Assembly (NCBI GenBank): GCA_964035545.1
Contig: CAXIUT010000057.1
Location: 366,928-390,952 of the forward strand
DNA length: 24,025 nt
Source: Bugula neritina
Taxonomy: Eukaryota; Animalia; Bryozoa
Direction: 5' to 3'
Part shown: in pieces, positions 20,556 through 24,025 of the stretch
Layout: each line of letters begins with the position of its first letter
Position numbering within the stretch: the first letter of the stretch is position 1
The notes under the pieces: generated by a model
Database searches by the model: none
Seen by the model: only the letters and a program-made list of their open reading frames with translations
Told to the model about the DNA's origin: nothing
Translations under genes and position numbers: made by a program

Positions 20556-23500
20556 TCATTTCTTTTTGGTATACTTTTCTCTCAACTTCCTATCCTTCCT
20601 CTGCAGTATCTCCAACCTCTCCTTCTCATCCTGAGCCCGAGTCACCTCCTTTCTTCTCCTATACTCCACATCTTCTCTCCAATTAGAATCAGAAGGCAAC
20701 GGACTATTCTCATACTACAACACCACTGGATATTGTCTATCAAAATTCCATATCTCCTGCCCGCCATAACTCAAATACTTATTCCATATACCCGTCACCT
20801 TCCCATGATCTTGCACTATATCTTTCTATTCAATATCTTTTCTTTTTCCTTTGATAAATTTAGCCATAAATTACGGCTTTACCTCAAGTATTGAGCCTTA
20901 GATATAATCTGCAGGCTGGTCTTGTTTCCCCATAGAAAAAAACCCTTTCTTGAATTTGTCGTAATTGATTTCAACCAGTATATTGCTATTAGCTATCCAG
21001 TAATAAGCTATGTTATCAAAGATAGTTACATTTACCAACCATAGCAAATTTTCTAGTCCCAGTAGTCAACCCACTCAGCTCCCCTCCCGGTGTTATAAAA
21101 CATATCTCCATGCCATCATCGAACGTCACCCTGTATATACCATCATTAGTCCCAGTCCCGCTGTTAATACTCAACGACATCTTAGACTATATCTGAGCTG
21201 AAATAGCATAGTAGTACCTGTAACTGAATAGCCTCGACCTTTTAATATCAAGGCACCAATAGGAGGATGATGACTCACTTGCTAGGCATAGGCCGGACAC
21301 CCATTGATCCAACATTGAAAAGTCTAGCCCAATATTGGATTAAAGGGCTTTTACATGTTCAAATATAGAACAGAATTCGATACTCCGAATATTATGGTTC
21401 TGATCATGCGAGTTAACATATTTTATTTATGCAGATTTTATAAAACCAAAGGAGCATAGGAAAAACTATAAAGAAAACGTTACAAATTACTACAAGGCAA
21501 AAAGACATCAACAGGCAGACTGATACGAGTAATCGATTGTCCAGAAAATAAATTTTTAGCTATCTTAGTCAATACAAATTTAAGCACTCCTCTCTGATCC
21601 TATGTTTTCTTTTTATTGATAAAAAACAACCCTCCCTACTTCTAGTCCCGAATCCAATCATCTTTCCACACAGGATGAAGGTTATTATTATAGGGCGTCA
21701 TCAATTTAGGTTTCAGCTGCTAGGCTGGTTCGAGTAGCTGCTTCAGTTTTAAAAAGTGTTGATGAAGAATTATCATTCCCTCGGCATCTAGATCACGATT
21801 TACTTTGAATTACAAATATGGCAGAAGTTATTCCTTTGATATTTAGCCCATTTGCTACATAGAAGATTAGTTGAATTTCTTTATGTCCACCTTCTTTGGA
21901 CTATCAGTACTACTAGACGGTGATTATAATAAAGTTGGGGATTCTACTTTTACTGAGGTCTAATTCGATTTGTTCTCAGATTGAAGATTGACTATGATAG
22001 GTTCCACTTATTTCTTTTTAGTAAAATTTCTATTTTAACTAAACTCTTCTTTCTGTTCTTTGATGTCTTGTTCGATTCTAGTGATAGTTCTTCTTCTGGT
22101 TCTAATCTATTACTAAATCTAATTATTTTTATTTTTGCTTACATCCCAGCTAATATCAAAAAATTTATAATTATTTTCTTACTTACCTTATAACAACCCT
22201 TCCAATCCCTTCAAATACTTGATATTCAAATTAGTTTCTTGAATAGGATTAACAATTCCTTCATTTTTAATCTAACAATCAGCAATAACTTTGATTTGCC
22301 CTTCTTATTCAAATATGCCAAAGATGTTGCAAAAAGAGCCTCTAACTATGGTCAGAAAGGGAGGATAGTTGGCATTTTAAATACTTTTATCAATCATAAA
22401 TATTTTGTTGCCCTGACTGAATACGTGTCTGATAAAAATAAAATCTCTAGAACGGTATAATCTATTATAAGGTTTATTCACCTGATAAACCAATGCTGAG
22501 TTCTAAGAGGGAATAAAGGTTTTAAGTTGACTAGTCAGCACCTCACTGTTGTATTTCTTATTATTGTCAGGTTTAGATAAAAGCGATAGAACTTATGAGG
22601 CTGTTTTGTTTTGAAAAAGAAGAAGCAACTTCAAACGACGGTCCAGATAAGTGTGCTGGTATATTTTAAAACGAGATGTAGAATGAGTCAACTAGAAGTT
22701 CTAAAAGATTTATAGCTATTCTAACTAGTACTATGGGTATAGTTTGTGCAGAAGGTTGAAATTTTTCTTATTTATTTTATGCTATTATCTCTACTACTAT
22801 ATCATCTACGAGAATGTCTATGGCTATTCAAATATATCTCCCTCAATCAATTCGTCCACATAGGTCTTTATTTATACTTTTGATTGATATTGCTAAATCT
22901 ACTACTACAACTTTTACTTCTCCTTCAACTTGCCCTCCATCTACCTAGTCTTCAGCTTATCTTCTTTAGTTTGTTCTTTTTTTGAACCTGTATCTGAAAA
23001 ATCTATCTCACCTCCTTTGAATTAATCCAGAACATTACCAATCTACTCTTTTTAAAACTCTCCCCTATTGCTAGAACTCACCATCATACTCGCAGACAAC
23101 ATCTCCTTCTTCTCCATCTATTCCTTTGTCCTCTCAAGACCATTTCCAACATTATACATTGACTGACTGTATCCCTTACTCGAACTTTGTTTATCACTCA
23201 TAGATCTGAGTAAGGGCAAATTTTGATACAAAGTCAGATAAAACTCCCAAGCTCTAAAATCAACTGCAAACCGAATGGCTTTAACCCACTCTTTAAGTTT
23301 ATCTTCTTTAGAAAACCCAATATGAACAGTTCTAGACTTCTAGTGAGGAATAGTATTGATGGCCTCTAGCACAAAACAATGATACTCTTTATTTTTGGAC
23401 TTCCTCAGTATATAATGTCTAAAATCATAGCATTTAATTTTAGATTCTCTCTCGGCAAACATCAATAACTTGTCCATATCCAGTCGTAACTTCTTCTATT

Positions 23501-23855
23501 TCCATCTCTTTATATTAAATGAACGAGAATAACCTACAGCGTCAATCATACCCGAATAGATTGGCTTTGGAGGATCAAAATTTTTATTCACCCATTGCTT
23601 TGTATACCCAACTATCAAACAGTAGTATTAGATTTTTTATTATCGAGTTAGTGTAGTCAGAACTGTTCTGAACTATTTGGTTAGTTATGCTTTGCGATTC
23701 TTTTTGAGGAGTTGAGTTTTATCATTGAGATTGAAATCCAAATGAATAGAATACTACAGGTAATCAAAGACTGCACCCAGGTGCTTTGGTATGTCCCAAG
23801 TTGCACGAGCAGCCGATTCATCCACAAACATCTGGTATAGCTACATACTACTCAT
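20556..23855 (-). CDS. Oxysterol-binding-protein-related protein with PH, START and ORD domains, ~1085 aa, 2 introns
   Basis: ORD signatures ISLPVDVF, KPFNPILGETF, EQVSHHPPI, LPSDSNWRED and AQDEKERLEILQRKDRKLR. PH: KRWKEKKLRL...GFSKEDKLKEWVKAIR. START-like: YQVNKPYNRLYRSRDFIFIR...DKSIENANYPPFLTIVRG. Introns at 21198-21217 and 21008-21029; TGA at 20556-20558. Confidence 0.93.
21008..21029 (-). other. 22-nt spliceosomal intron (ORP intron 2)
   Basis: GTAACTATCTTTGATAACATAG contains an in-frame TGA; removal gives MVGKS|YYW and restores the LPSDS frame. A 28-nt alternative donor is possible. Confidence 0.8.
21198..21217 (-). other. 20-nt spliceosomal intron (ORP intron 1)
   Basis: GTACTACTATGCTATTTCAG; removal gives GRGYSVTA|QIESKMSL. 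Confidence 0.88.
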
Positions 23856-23950
23856 CTTTATCAGGTTTTATTATTATTATTTTCAAGATAAAAACAACAT
23901 TCTGATCAATCATAATCACACAAACTATATTGAATATTAACTATCATATC

Positions 23951-24025
23951 GGGGTTGGGGTTGGGGTTGGGGTTGGGGTTGGGGTTGGGGTTGGGGTTGG
24001 GGTTGGGGTTGGGGTTGGGGTTGGG
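23951..24025. repeat. Right telomere (GGGGTT)n
   Basis: Uninterrupted G4T2 repeats to the end of the window, in the orientation expected for a right chromosome end. Confidence 0.98.

Noticed and set aside
1696-22460. Most ORFs in the supplied six-frame track (e.g. 10333..10719+, 11662..12132+, 15136..15525+, 19790..20023+)
   Set aside because: They were computed with TAA/TAG as stops. Most are antisense or off-frame shadows of the real genes. Only 3021..3275, 4660..4995, 5681..5947, 9137..9325, 11185..11436 and 15274..15477 are in-frame fragments of real CDSs.
23534-23551. Possible 18-nt in-frame intron GTATGATTGACGCTGTAG in the PH domain
   Set aside because: Removal gives a tidy YSGYSRSF strand, but it is not needed to keep the frame, so it cannot be supported without RNA-seq.

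Overview
This window is a complete telomere-to-telomere, gene-dense ciliate macronuclear chromosome of 24 kb, with C4A2/G4T2 telomeres at both ends. It uses a non-standard code in which TAA and TAG both encode Glu and TGA is the only stop (the peritrich code, NCBI table 30), so the supplied standard-code ORF track is mostly fragments and antisense shadows. Re-translating by hand gives 8 genes: a divergent RNA polymerase III C82/RPC3-like subunit (+), a SAM-dependent methyltransferase (-), a putatively myristoylated FHA-like protein (-), an S10 serine carboxypeptidase (+), two tandem paralogous orphan proteins of ~1337 aa and 3008 aa (-), an acidic/coiled-coil membrane protein with an apparent frame switch near its 3' end (-), and a PH-START-ORD oxysterol-binding-protein-related protein (-). 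All seven frame-required introns are tiny: six are exactly 20 nt and one is 22 nt. The most novel element is the paralog pair covering over half the chromosome. One is an intronless 3008-aa protein that appears to be ~20 tandem degenerate alpha/beta (CheY/receiver-like) modules, and its neighbour keeps only ~7 of those modules in the same order. Other oddities are a 41-nt AT-rich insert inside the left telomere and intergenic minisatellites, one made of back-to-back GTATT...AG intron-like units. Product calls come from motif recognition by eye; no database searches were run.
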